From Mobula hypostoma (lineage: Eukaryota): 64,000 nucleotides of DNA. The stretch spans positions 41,666,001 to 41,730,000 of the forward strand of contig NC_086108.1 in assembly GCF_963921235.1 (NCBI RefSeq), written 5' to 3'. Shown one piece after another: positions 50,273-63,730 of the stretch. The notes under the pieces were generated by a model. That model searched no databases and was not told where the DNA came from. It saw only the letters and a list, made by a program, of their open reading frames with translations. How positions within the stretch are numbered: the stretch's first letter is position 1; each line of letters begins with the position of its first letter. Made by a program: the position numbers and the translations under genes.

Positions 50273-51703
50273 TCCCAGAGACACAGGGGTCTACCATGCA
50301 AGTCTCACAGTTGTTTGGTTCCTCCAATACTGTCTGCCTGTCCATTAGCAGTTACACGCCTATAACCTTCTACCCTCAATGATTCCCATTTGTCCATTTC
50401 CTTAAAGCTGGTGAATACCAGTGGTTGCAAGTTCAAATTATTATGATGAGACATTGATTGTAATTTCATTTGGGTCCTGTAAGCATTTGTGAGATACATG
50501 CAGCTCTCTCCCCTCATCCGTGTGACCACCTATTCCCTAAAACTTCGAATGGCCCCTGTGTGCACTCATAAAAGATCTGGGACTGGAAACGTGAACACTG
50601 ACTCCCTTCCTAAAACATTGCATGATCTGCTGAATGTCTTATTTTTGTTTGTCATGCCCCCTGAGACCTACCCTCATATTTTTCAACATGATCAATTTCT
50701 TGGCCGCTGTAACATTTTCGAAAACCATTGTAGCATTGTTCAGTGATGAAACTATCACATCAACCTATAGTAAAACCATTGTTAATTAGAACAGGGTCGG
50801 ATGTTCAGCTCACCCTTTACATTGCTTTGCTCTAGAAGTCAGGTACAGCTAAAGTGCCCATCTATTGTTTCAGAGAAGACAAATTGCATGTTGATGTATT
50901 AAGAAGAAAAAACCAGAGATATGAGAAATTAGAGCAGGACATATGTCTTCATTGCAGGCATCTGTTTGTTCAATTCAGAAACCCCACTCCAAACAGACAG
51001 CTGAAGAAGGCCATTAAACATGTCGGTAACCATGCCATGCCTGGCCACTGCTGGCAGGCCAAAGTCAAAGAGGGATAAAAGAGGCTGATTCCACTGGAAG
51101 GGATATATTTAAAATGCTGTAGCCCAAACACTGCATGAACAAGTGCTACCAGTAGCCCCTTGAGTGATTTTCTTGCAAAGTTACAATACATATAAATCCT
51201 GGTCAATGGCAGTCAGCTGAAGGTTTAGACTAGTGACACACCCTATTAAACTATAATGTGATCAAAGGGATATTGGATCAGCAGAGGGAATACTGGTTTG
51301 CATTCTGCTCTAGTTTAGCACTGTTTCTTATCACGATAAGCACCCAAGTGTCAACCTGTCAGCAGCCTATCACAGCTCCTGCTAGTTACTCTGCCATCCC
51401 CTCACGTTTCTGTCAAAGTTAAACATCCCTCTCATTCAAGAGCTTGAAAAAGAAAAAGGAATATTGGCCTGGGAGATCTAAATGCACATTAAGATTAACC
51501 CAAGGTACATCAGGGAGACATTTTCCAGAGCTACACCGAAGTGGTGGTGCCTGAGAACAGTATAGCCTTTTGTGTGAAACTAAAGTAATGTAACATTGAA
51601 TTGAAACCTCTTACTAAAGCGCAACAGCAGACAACTTAGAATGCATGGGACAATATGAGTTCCTACTTTACTGATTTATTGTCATTGTGAGGACAACTTA
51701 GAG

Positions 51704-51782
51704 CAGGGGTTCTCAACCTGGGGTCGACAGACCCTCAGTTAATGGTAGTGGTTCATGACATAGAAAAGGTTGGGAACCCCAG
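51704..51782. mobile_element. ~80-bp hAT MITE
   Basis: TIRs CAGGGGTTCTCAACCT / AGGTTGGGAACCCCAG. Perfect 8-bp TSD ACTTAGAG at 51696-51703 and 51783-51790. Confidence 0.85.
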
Positions 51783-54627
51783 ACTTAGAGGGAGCATCTT
51801 TGAGGAGAATCAGTGTATTGTAATGGTTGTTTGCACGTTACACTTCCATCATTTTTCCCCTTCTGCCTGTGGATGAGAACAGTTTCAAGGTGAAATCTTC
51901 TTATTAAAGTGAGCTAGACACTTCTGAATTAATTTGCTTTAAGTTACAGTATTGTGTAACTTCGCAGAGGCATTGCTATCTAATCCATTGGCAGAGAGTG
52001 GCAAAATTCCCCTTAGAGGTGTACTTCCCATTACCAAATACCGTTATAAACCCTTGAAATAATCATGAATTTCACTTTCCACACCAACCCCTCCCTCACA
52101 TATATGTAAAATATAGTGCACACAGGGGAATTTAACATGTGTATGCTAAACGTACTTACATAAACTTAGCTAATCAAAAAATCTCCATGTTAAAACAAGA
52201 GGACTGATGCAAGTGTTTAAGGAGTACTAGGGGAATTTCATGAATGAACCAACACATTATCTATAAATCAGAAATTCTATTAATGTTTGTATTCCAAATA
52301 TTAAACTGTAGATAAATTTGCAAACAAATTCCTCTCTCATTGTATTAATTTATTGTATTAATTATTATTAATTTACAGTTAAAAAATTACATAACAAAAT
52401 CATTTCCTGAGTTCATCCTTCTCACAGCAATGGTGGACTTCAAAGGGAGACCGATAGCTTTAAAAAAGTCTTGCATGATTGAGTCACTGTCTAAAAATGG
52501 GACAAAGATCAGAAGCAAAATTGTGAAAGCTTCTTGGTAGAAGTTACAATTGCCAGTGTCATCATACAGACGACATTCCTGTAACATTATACAAGCCTTG
52601 ATTGAGAGCATTAAAACTGATTGTTTTAAATGGGGCAACACCTGCATAAAGACAGCATACACAAGGATTTAGAATGAGTGCTTTGGCTGGCTGTAACTTT
52701 AGGTCACATGCTCAAAATTAGCACTGTAATCTAAGGTCAAAGTGAGAAATGAAACGAAGAATCCCAACTGTGTTTTTTAGAATGAGACATTTCAAGAATT
52801 TCACTGCCAAGCAAGGATTAGAGACAGCACAGATACTACAAACAGAATAACATTTAAAAGGAAGACTTGACCTTCATTGCCGTAAAAAAAAATGGAAATG
52901 TTTCCTGCTGCCTGCTAGATGAACTAAATGATTGAAGAAACCTTGGGGCCAAGCTTTCTATTGCAGTGAATAAGTGGAAAATTGCCCATTTCCCATCAAA
53001 GGCCATCTAATCTTAGGAAATAAACCTTATTAAAATTACACTGATGTAACAAATCATAGAAAACTTTTCTATATATTATAAGGTTGGCTTGGAAGTTGGG
53101 TAGTAGGAGGGTGGGGTGGTAACTAACTTTATACGATTCTACTATGAGTGTTTCTCCTTAACTGTTATGAACTGTACATTTGATATGTTTGTTTTGCACT
53201 GTATAAACCTCTTTTTTTTACTTTTTTTTTGTTGTTGCATTGTAGGAACTTGTAAAAAAATTAATTAAAATAAATTAAATCATCAGGACATGAGAGGTCC
53301 TGTGATGAACAAAGACACTTAGTGGCTGCTGTGCCGGGCTGCAATGGTTACAATCTTCCGATAGGGAAGACGATCTACAAAGCTAGAGCCTTGGGAAAGT
53401 TACTCGGAGAATGTCATAATGCTGTACCTCATATGTCTAGCTTGTGAATATATTTAAGGCAGTGATAAATAGATTTTTCATTGAAGAGACCCTCATAATG
53501 TGGGGATTGAGCAGAAAAGTGGAAATTGGCACAAGAGCTCTTATAATGGAAGAGCTGTTTCAAGGGGCCATACGGCCGATTTCACTTCTTAAGCCTTTAC
53601 ATTCTAATGGATTCGAAATAAGGTGTGTACTTAATACTTATGAACTGCCTAGACATTTCTGCATCATATTTTGCAACTTACCACTGAAAAGGCTACTAGA
53701 GGATTAAAAAAATACTGTTAGTTATAATAGCAGCTACAACTCAGATGAAATAGCTCACCATAGAAATAAAGTTTTTGAGTATTTATCTTTGTAACTGTAA
53801 TTTCCACCGTTTGAAATAACACTGAAAGTTGAGTAACATGGAGTACGACGGCAGCACTGTATTCTTATCTACTGAGTAAAACTGGTAATCTCCTGGCACT
53901 TTGACTTCTGGCTATCAACACAGAACTCACATGATAAACTGAATCACTGTTGAGCATTTTTTGTTCTCCTCTCTGGGTGTGAAAGAAAGAAATCTAAACT
54001 TGAGCTTCAAATAATTATCTCAAGAAAATATAACGAACATTAGCAGGAAGCCAAATTGTAACAGATCCTGCGATCATTCAACCCAAGATCCAAGTTGAGT
54101 TCCCAACACCAGTCACCAGATATGAGCTGAGGGCAGGTTAAATTCCCACATCTTAACCAAGTAGTTCTGAAGTCACTTAAGACCAGAAAGTTCTGCACAG
54201 TTTGGCAAGATGCATTTCCACTTTTGGCAGTGTTCTTACCAACATTTTTCTAAACATTTTTGGGCTTCTGGCAATTTCAACATTGATTGCTCATCCTTAA
54301 ATAACCCATCTTCCTAAATTCCTGCTCTCCTTCTGGTAAACGTACTCCAACAATGCTATTTCTCTTGCAACATGGAAGGGAGCCATTCAGTCCATCAAAT
54401 CTGTACCACTCCCACTCCCCTATTTACTGACCTGTTTTACTCTCTGTTCCATAAACCACCAGATCCATCCTGAAAATACAGTCACCCTCCTACACTAGGG
54501 CTAAAGCAGAGTGGTCCACAAGATCATGGGAAGAACTTGAAAACTCCCACACAAACTCCACACAGAAAACAGAGATAAATTTCCAGAATCTTGATGCAGT
54601 GACAATGAAGGGATGTCTGTAAATCAC

Positions 54628-55400
54628 AAAAGCAAGAGATTCTGCAGAAGCTGGAAGTCCAGAGCAACACACAGAAAATGCTGGAGGAACCCTGCAAGTC
54701 AAGCTGCATCTATGGAGGGGAATAAATAATCTACATTTTGGGCTGAGACCCCTCATCAAGGTTAGAAATGAAGTGGACAGAAGGCAGAATAAGGCACCGG
54801 AAAGGTGAGACCAGGTGAGGTGAAGTAGAGGGCTCAAGAAAAAGGAATCTAATGGGAGAGGACAGTGGACCATGGAATATAGGGAAGGAAGAAGGGAACC
54901 AGAGGGAGGTGATGGGCAGACAAGGAGAATAGAAGGGGGTGAGAGGGTAACCAGAATGGGAACAGAAGAAAGAGAGAAGTGGGAAAGGGGGAGTAATTAC
55001 TGATAGTTAGAGAAATCGATGCTAACGCCATCAGATTAGAGGCTACCCAGACGGAATATGAAGTATTGATCCTTCAACCTGACGTTTGACCTCATTGTGG
55101 CGGTAGAAGATACTGTGGACAGACATGCAAGTATGAGAATGGGATGTCGAACTGAAATGGGTAGGTATCGGAAGATCCTGCCTTTTGTGGTGGACAGAGC
55201 GAAGGTGATTGTCAAAGCAGTCCCCAATCTGCATCAGGTCTCATTTACACAGATGAGGCTTCGCCGGGAGCACCAGATACAACAGATGACTCCGACAGAC
55301 CTACAGATAAAGTGCCACTTCACTTGTAAGGTCTGTTAAGGAACTGTAGAGGGAAGTATCGCACTTAGCACAGTTTCAAGGACAAGTGCCACAAGGGAGA
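54628..55400 (-). mobile_element. Penelope-like element 3' fragment with degenerate hammerhead (~54728-54763)
   Basis: ORFs QIGDCFDNHLRSVHHKRQDLPIPTHF and LKDQYFIFRLGSL. Colinear with 271-1100. Confidence 0.82.
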
Positions 55401-55409
55401 AGTGACATG

Positions 55410-56000
55410 ATGGGGATGTATAAGATGTTAAGAGGCAGAGATACGGCGGAGAGCCAGTGCCTTTTTGCCCGGGGTGTCATGGTTAATACAAGAGGGCATA
55501 CTTTTAAGGGGGGAAGGGAACGTCGACTCAGACCATGAGAGGCCTGCATCGGGCATTTTCATGCCTTACAAGGTGCAGATTAAGTCTGTGTGGGGCGCCA
55601 CTCCTCGCACAGACACAAGAGCAATGTGTGGTTAAGTGCCTTGCTCAAGGACACAAACATGCTGCCACAGCTGAGGCTTGGTCTAGCGACCTTCAAATCA
55701 CTAAGCGAACGTCTTAACCACTTGGCCACGTGCCCAACACTTAAGGTGAGTTTTAAGGTGAGTGGAGAAAAGTATAACGAGGATGTCAGAGGTAAGTAAA
55801 GAAACTACCAGAGGTGATAGTAGAGACAGATACATTTGGGACATTTCTGAAAACTCTTAGCTAGACACGTAGATGAATGAAAGGAAAATAGAGGGCTATG
55901 TGGCAGGGAAGGGTTAGATTGATGTTGCAGTAGGTTAAAAGGCTGGCACAACATTGAGGGCCGAAGGGCCTGTACTGTGCTGTAGTGTTCCATGTTCTAT
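55410..56000 (+). mobile_element. CR1-type LINE 3' end interrupted by a SINE
   Basis: aatacaagagggcatacttttaagg...ttttaaggtgagtggagaaaagtata; tail gggccgaagggcctgtactgtgctgtagtgttccatgttcta. Confidence 0.7.
55512..55740 (-). mobile_element. tRNA-derived CORE-like SINE
   Basis: Minus strand has box A GTGGCCAAGTGGTTAAG, then GTGTCCTTGAGCAAGGCACTTAACC (CORE-SINE-like). Confidence 0.7.
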
Positions 56001-57559
56001 AAAACTGCTCAGGAGAATAAGCTTCCAAAGGACTGGGACCCATGAAAGTTCAATATAAGGATTGCAGTATAGTATTTTAATCATGTGATTACCACATCAA
56101 TTTACAGATTTCATCGGGGTGCCAGTACACAACCTTTGTGCACGTGGCCGTATTGTATGAAATTGCAGCCTCCTCCGTAATCTTCAAGACTACATACCTA
56201 CAGCCTATTTCTCCCAAGTCTTGCTCGTCTTTTATTCATAGACACATAAACAATTAAGTTTAATTGAGCAATTAAACGACATTAAAAAGTTATGCTAGTG
56301 ATGAAGAACTGAAGACAGTATAAAACACTAGATTCAGTCCAACAATCAGATTTAGTATCACATCAGCTTTGGTCCCACATCACTGTTTATTGCTGCATCA
56401 GGTTTGTTTCTATATCAATTCCAGTTTAGGGTCATCAAATCCAACAAAACATTGGATTTCCTATTATAGTCAATCTCAGTGCTGTTTTTGCCACTGTACA
56501 TTATGAATCTTTTGTTGCCTTCTGCACCCCATACTGAATTCATCCTCCACTCACAACATTGCAGAGACATTGTGCAATAGACTCGACTATCTTCCATTTC
56601 CTTATCCAGGCACCTTTTCCTTTCATGCAAGCTAGGACAGTGTTATTGGTTGTGATCTGCCACGGGATTCTGAAATGTTTTCTGTCTGAAGTTGATGCAG
56701 GGGCACTTTAATAAGGCTGCAAGACTGTAATCTTGTGTGGTGATTTCCTCTTTGCCAGGCTTAAGGTAGTGAGGTCAATACAAAATCTCTACCTCCGTCT
56801 CAGACGGGGAAAGTCTTCTCTGTGCCATCTGGGTTCTTATACCTGAATCCTAGGGTTCTGAATTCTGCCATCCTGCTCATACCTCAACAAAATCAGCTTT
56901 CCGTGCTAACAGATAAAATTAATGATCCTGGAGCTGTGTGAATCACCCAAAGCTGGTAATCAATTTATTAAAGAGCTGGATTGAAGGCTTATGGGGAAAT
57001 GCAGCGTGGTTTCAACACAGCAGGTGCCACTAATCAATTTAAATGGGTGTGGGTAGATGCACTGATGTTACCAATGTACTCTATAATCACACCAAGGCTG
57101 CAATGTGATACTGCCATGAAGCAAATTTACACATTACTCTCCCATACTGGGTTTTACAACTGGGATAACATTAGTTCCTGGGAACGCAGAAGAGCTTTTC
57201 AATAGGTCAAGGTATTTGTTAGCATTCACTTCACTTGGGAACACGTCTAAAGTTGAGTAGCCTGCTTAGAAACAGTGTTAGGATTTGAGTTTTGAAGTTG
57301 TCTTTAAAATGTAAATATTGTGAAACCTTATAACCTGAGTACAAAGTAGATAGGTCGTCCCAATCCTGTTTTTTATTGCACACCATCAATCTAAAGTTCA
57401 AACAACAGAAAACCAGAAGTGAATATACAGCTCTGATATATTACCAGACATCCACCGTCCAATGAAAATAATAGCAATGCACAGAACTTTGCCACTTAGC
57501 TGCAAAGGGATGTTACTAATCTGAGTAAAATTTTTTGCTGCACGTTTGGGAAGTTTGGC

Positions 57560-58282
57560 TTCAGGCTTCTGGACGTCTCCGAACGAGAGTCTTTCATGAT
57601 CATGATATCCGAACAGACACCAAAATGTTAGTGTACAAAGCAGTGGTAATCCCAACGCTCCTGTACGCATCAGAAACCTGGACAACATACCGACGACATC
57701 TGAAGGCACTTGAAAAGTTCCATCAACGCTGTCTTCGAAACATCTTAAATATCAGCTGGGAAGATAGAAGAACCAACGTCAGTGTGCTAAATGAAGCAAA
57801 AACAACAAGCATTGAAGCCTACATCATCAAGAACCAACTAAGATTGAGCGCTCATGTTGTTCAGATGAAAGACAAACGTCTGCCGAAACAAATCTACTCC
57901 CAGCTTAAAGAAGACACACGTAAAAGAGGCGGACAACAGAAGAGATTGAAAGACGTCTTAAAAGCCAACATGAAGAACTGTAACATCAACATCAACAATT
58001 GGGAAACCAATGCCAAGGACAGGAAACTCTGGCAAGCCATCATCCGAGAAAGAACGGCAACTTTCGAAGCCAACAGATGTGCAGAATTTGAAGAAAAGAG
58101 AAGAAAATGGAAAGAGAGGCAGCAACAACCAAAGCCCAATCTGCCATCTGGAACTACCTGTCCTGAATGCAAAAGAACTTTCAAAGCCAAGATTGGACTC
58201 GTAAGCCACTTGAGAGCCCATAAGTAGATCAACAGAACGAAGACCATCATCCTCGACTTCGAGGGATAGCCACGACAACGAG
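57560..58282 (+). mobile_element. RTE-clade LINE 3' fragment with open 230-codon frame
   Basis: TKMLVYKAVVIPTLLYASETWT...FHQRCLRNILNISWEDRRTNVSVL...RLPKQI...CPECKRTFKAKIGLVSHLRAH. Confidence 0.9.
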
Positions 58283-58809
58283 TATTAGTTAGAAGGTTGC
58301 TGTTGGCTAACTCAAATCTGAGACCATGTTCACAGTCCCAGCATGTCAGCACCCGTGCTGATGCTCACAAAATGTGACAAAAACCCAGTGCCTGGTTGCA
58401 TCATCCAAAGTCAGCCCCAGCAGCACCTCACTATGTCAGTGCTCAGCCAAATCCATGGTTTCCATCTGTTACGGTGTAGACAGATAGCATCCAATTAATA
58501 TGTTTCTCCTCAAGGCCGGTGGGAAAGGTGCTGTGGATCCAGGAAATAGCTGTGGCATATGGAAATGCTGAGAGATGTTTCCTAACAACGGCTGATGTGG
58601 ATGGGCAGAAAGAGGACAGAGGAATGGCCTGAGGCAATATATATCCAAGAACTGCTCCCATGTGCCAGGAAGAATGCTGCACCCTTTGTCTTGAAGTAAT
58701 CCTACCAAAATGTCAATTTATTTCTCCTGCAACCTGATGAGTCAGTCAGTGGGCCTGTATCCTCTGAGCTGCCAAAGAGATCATCAGACAATGGCATCCA
58801 CGTTACAAG

Positions 58810-59230
58810 GAATCAGAATCAAGTTTATTATCACTGACATATGTTGTGAAATTTGCTTGTTTTGTGGCAGCAGTATAGTTCAAGGCACAAAAGAAACTAT
58901 AAATTATAATAAAATAAAATAATACATTGTGCAAAAGAGAAATAGTGAGGTAGTGTCTGTGGGCTGTTCAGAAATCTGATAGCGGAGGGGAAGAAGCTGG
59001 TCCTGATACACTGATTGTGCATCTTCAGGCCCCTGTACCTTTATACTGATGGTAGCAATCAGAGAAGGGTATGACCCAGATGGTTAGAGTCCTAACGATG
59101 AAGACATTGTCTTTTGAAGATGTCCTCAATGGTGGGATGGCTTGTGACCTTGATGAGCTAGCTGAGTCTATAACCCTTTGTAGCTATTTCTGATACTGTG
59201 CCATGGAACCTCCATACCAACCGGTGATGC
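58810..59230 (-). mobile_element. Rex1/Babar-type LINE 3' fragment
   Basis: Tail gaatcagaatcaagtttattatcactgac, and tctgatagcggaggggaagaagctg. Confidence 0.65.
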
Positions 59231-59243
59231 ATAGTCATTCATT

Positions 59244-59267
59244 TTCTCTCTCTCTCTCTCTCTCTCT
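59244..59267. repeat. (CT)n microsatellite
   Basis: About 11-12 uninterrupted CT units. Confidence 0.85.
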
Positions 59268-59655
59268 GCCAACTCTCAAGTACGGGATCTCGAAATAAAA
59301 AACAACACTTCGGACGGACTAACATCGAATTGCGACTGTTGTCTCTCCTCTCACTGTGGAAGGAGCGTTAGTGAGAGAGAGTGCCTGTGAGATGTCAAAA
59401 ATGATGAAGCGAACAGTTAGCTTTTGATGCACTGTGGACTACAGTCTCTCTTTCGGAGCTTTGCTGTTTTTGGCATGATGGGTGCAGCGAATGCTGATTC
59501 TTTACGCTAGAATGTGGGGGAGGGGAGGGTTTGATGCTGCTGCTTATGCACAGGAGGGGGCAGGGGTCTTTGGGGTTCTTACGTTTCTCTGTCATTCTTT
59601 GAGAGTTTTCTTCTGTTTCAAGGATGTCTGGGGACAGTAAGAATTTCAGGCTGTA

Positions 59656-61230
59656 CAGTGCCTATAAGAAGTATTCACCTCCTCCCCTTTGGAAGTTATC
59701 ATGTTTTATTGTTTTGCAACATTGAATCACAGTGGATCTAATTTGGATTTTTTTTTTGACACTGCTCAACAGAAAAAGACTTGTGCCAAAGTGAAAACAG
59801 ATCTCTACAAAGTGATCTAAATTAATTACAAATATAAAACACAAAATAATTGATTGCATAAGTATTCACCCCTTTAAAGTGACACACCAAATTATCATTG
59901 GTGCAGCCAACTGGTTTTAGAAGTCACATAATTAGTTAAATGTAGATCACCTGTGTGCAGTCAAGGTGTTTAAACAGATTGTAATAAAAATACACGTGTA
60001 TTTGGAAGCTCTAACTGCTAGTGAGCCAGTATCCTGGCATGCACTACGCCATGAAGACAAAAGAACACTCCAAGCAACTCCATGAAAATATTACTGAAAA
60101 GCGCAAGTCAAGAGAAAGAAACAAGAAAATTTCCGAGTCACTGAATATCCCTTGGAGTACAGTTAAGTCAATTATCAAGAAATGGAAAGAATATGGCACA
60201 GCTGTAAATCTGCCTAGAGCAGGCCATCCTCAAAAACTGAGTGACTGTGCAAGAAGGGGACTAGTGAGGGAGGCCACCAAGTAACCTATGACAGCTCTGG
60301 AGGAGTTACAAGCCTCAGTGGTTGAGAAGGAAGAGACTGCATAAACAACAACAACTGTTGCCTAAGTACTTCACCAGTCGCAGCTTTATGAGAAAGTGGC
60401 AAGGAGAAAGCAACTGTTGGAAAAAAAGTATAAAGAAATCTTGGCTAGAGTTTGCCACAAGGCATGTGGAAGTCAGCTGGAAGAAGGTTCCCTGGTCTGA
60501 TGAAACCAAAATTGAGCTTTTTGACTATCAGGCTAAATGCTATGTTTAGCATAAACCAAACACTGCACATCATCAAAAACACACAATCTCTACTGTGAAG
60601 CATGGTGATGGCTGCATCATGCTATGGGGATATTTCACTGCAGGCCCTGGAAGGCTTGTGAAAGTAGAGGATGAAATGATTGCTGTAAAATACAGGGAAA
60701 CCCTGGAGGAAAATGTGATGCAGTCTGCAGGAGAACTGTGGCTTGGGGAACGAGAAGAGAATGACCCTACGCATAAAGCCAAAGCTACACAGGACTGGCT
60801 TACAAACAACAAGGTTAATGCGTGGAATGGCCAAGTTAGAGTCCAGCTGTCAATCCAATTGGGAATTTGTGGCTGTTCACTCACGATCCCCATGCAGTCT
60901 GACCGAGCTTGAGGAGTTTTGTACAGAAGAATGGGGAAAACTTGCAGTGTCCAGATGTGCAAAGCTGATAGAGACCTATCCACACAGACTCAGAGTACAT
61001 CTACCAAATAATGACTTGAAGGGGATGACTAATTATGCAACCATTATTTTGTGTATAATAATTGTAATAAATTTAGACCAATTTGTAGAAATTTGTTTTC
61101 ATTTGACATGAAAGAGTCTTTTCTGTTGATCAGTGTCAGAAAATCCAAATTAAGTCCACTGTGATTTAATATTGTCAAACAAGAAAACATGAAAACTTCC
61201 AAAGTGGGTGAATACTTTTTATAGGTACTA
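59656..61230 (+). mobile_element. Tc1-like DNA transposon with ~200-bp TIRs and pseudogenised transposase
   Basis: TA|CAGTGCCTATAAGAAGTATTCACC ... GGTGAATACTTTTTATAGGTACTA|TA. Fragments MKTKEHSKQL...KKISESLNIPWSTVKSIIKKWKEYGT, WKKVPWSDETKIELF, KHGDGCIMLWGYF and NDPTHKAKATQDWL are broken by stops and frameshifts. Confidence 0.93.
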
Positions 61231-63730
61231 TACACCGTATACATTCGCTGATATTAAATGGAACCATTGATCTTCAGATGGTAAAGGTAAAACAGGCTTG
61301 GGCAGAGTCTGTGCAGTTTGGACAACTTTAACACCTCCTGTGGCTTATGCTCACCAGGTGGGAGGAGGAAGTTAAAATCTACATCAAAATAACAATGTGA
61401 TCTACTTTTAGCTCACGGAGCAGCAATATTATGGTAATAGACTGTGAGAAAGCTGCAGCTAAATAATAGTTCATTTTTATAGATCTTTTCTTGCATTGAT
61501 TTTCTGACCTACATGTAATATATGGTCAAAAAGACACAAAAAGAAAAATCTCCTCTGTTCCAAACGCCATTAACTAAAAGATTTCTTCATCAATGAGATA
61601 TGTGCTGGTGTGCCAAATAGTTAATTATTATTTACTCTTATCTCTTGATATTTCACTGTCATGAAATAATAGTTAGGACAGTAATACTCGGTTCATTGTG
61701 CTTTGCTAAAAACGATTTTCTCTTGGCTATAAGTGCACACAGGAAATTCTGAAAAAGCTTAAACAGAAAGGATGTGCAAATGTACAGCATCCTAAGGAAA
61801 TCTTTATGCACATATTTAATTGTTACTGAAAAGGTCAATTACTGTCATAGCATTACAGAATCGGGTAACATAGAACACAGTAATATAGTCTTTCAACCTC
61901 ATACTGGAGCTTGGAATAAAATAAAGATTCAATAATTATATGTACACAAATTCTTCCTGCTATGACTTTGATACATATATAAAAACAAAGCATTGTGTTT
62001 TTTTTATTATTTGAAAAGTGAAGTTTGAGCTTGGTATCTATATAAAATCAAAGCATATCATTCCATTATCAAATGCATGAACTGTAATTTAACCCCAGTT
62101 GCAACACTGAGATTGCAGTTGATTGTGATCAAACTCCATTTAATTCTGCTTTTTTTTATTTTCTTAACCTTTTGGTTCACAAAAAATTCTCATTCTCACA
62201 TTCAAAATTAACAACAGACCAAGCCATCAAAGGGTACTTGTGGAAGGGAGTTCCAGATTGCTACTGTGCCTTGAGGATTGAAATATTTCCTAACTCTAAT
62301 ATTTTAGAAGATACAATTATTTTCTAAATTCTGAAAAAAATATTTTTGCTTACACATTCAACACTATCTTTGTATAATTCTGTGTACTTTAATAATGAAA
62401 GATTTCTAACCTATTGAAAATGCATTTTACAATTTTATGTGAATTAGAATTTTGAAACTAAAATTACATCCACAATATTGTGCAAGAGTTTATTTTTTAC
62501 TGGGTCACTGGGAATGTTTAAGATGATGGCAGCTCCATTCTGCAATTAATTCCTCTTCAGAAAGTCCTAGTATTATAGTTTAATGTAATGTGATTAAATA
62601 AAAATCAATATTAAAATATTCACACAGGCAATACCAAATTTTTATAGGAAAGAGTAAATGTGTCAATCAATCAAAAGAAAATATTGTGAAGCATTCATTA
62701 TAGGCACCTTGTGTACATTCATAACCTCTGCTCCTTAGAGCTGTGTTCTGCTGATCACAATTCCACAAGCATCTGTACGAAAACCACATGCTCCTCAACT
62801 GTCAGCTGACAAGCTAAGATATCTCTATATTGCTCGTGTTAAGAGAATTTTAAGGGCCATTTTAACAGATGTTGGAACTGCAATTTTACATGATCAGAAA
62901 CAATCTCTCAAATAACATCTTAATGCTCTACATTGATCTTGGCTAGTATGAATATTTGGTTTAATAAAGACAAATTGCTTTTAATATGAAATTTGCATAC
63001 AAGTTAAAATGGTGCAAGACACTTGCTAGACTTGCTTGTATTTGATACCAACAAAATAATCAATAAATAACGGAGGACACGTATTGAGCAACTGTGAGAA
63101 AGGCATTAAGGGTTTCCTGAAGTTAATTTGTTCTGACTCTTCGTGCTTCTCTCTTACTTATTAGTTCAGCTGCATAGAAAACTGTGACTTGACAGACAGG
63201 AATGTACCTTTATCAATGATAGGCGGCAGGGTGGTTAAATCTCCTTTTATAGTGTTGGAAAAGTAAATGAGAGCATGTAACTGTCAATGATTAACCAACA
63301 GAATAACTTGGCTCACTCTAGTCTAAAGGATGTCTAATTATTTGACTGATGGAGCAGTAGTACATGGTTTTAGTGATACAGACTTCTTTATACTCCTAAA
63401 TATCACAGGAATATTTGGAAACCTCAGTTTTGTGATTCCTCATCCCATACTAACAGAAACATCGCAACAACTGGGATAAGACCAGAGTCTGGAGCTGTTG
63501 AACTATGTCCACAAATTCATTGGAATCACTGTTCATATAATTCCAGAATACTTTTGGAAAGAGTGACTTACCTTTTTTGTATTAGGACCATACACATAAA
63601 AACACTTAGGCTTTGATAAATAAATGCTAGATCTTAACCTAATGATCACCAATATGCATTAGAGTAGGAACTTTATTCCAACTCTTCTAGGTGCTTCTAA
63701 TGTAACAAGCAGAAATATATTTCCTTAAGG

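Noticed and set aside
57535..58227. Host zinc-finger gene (230-aa ORF)
   Set aside because: It is the C-terminus of an RTE LINE ORF, 5'-truncated, with no sign of domestication visible here.
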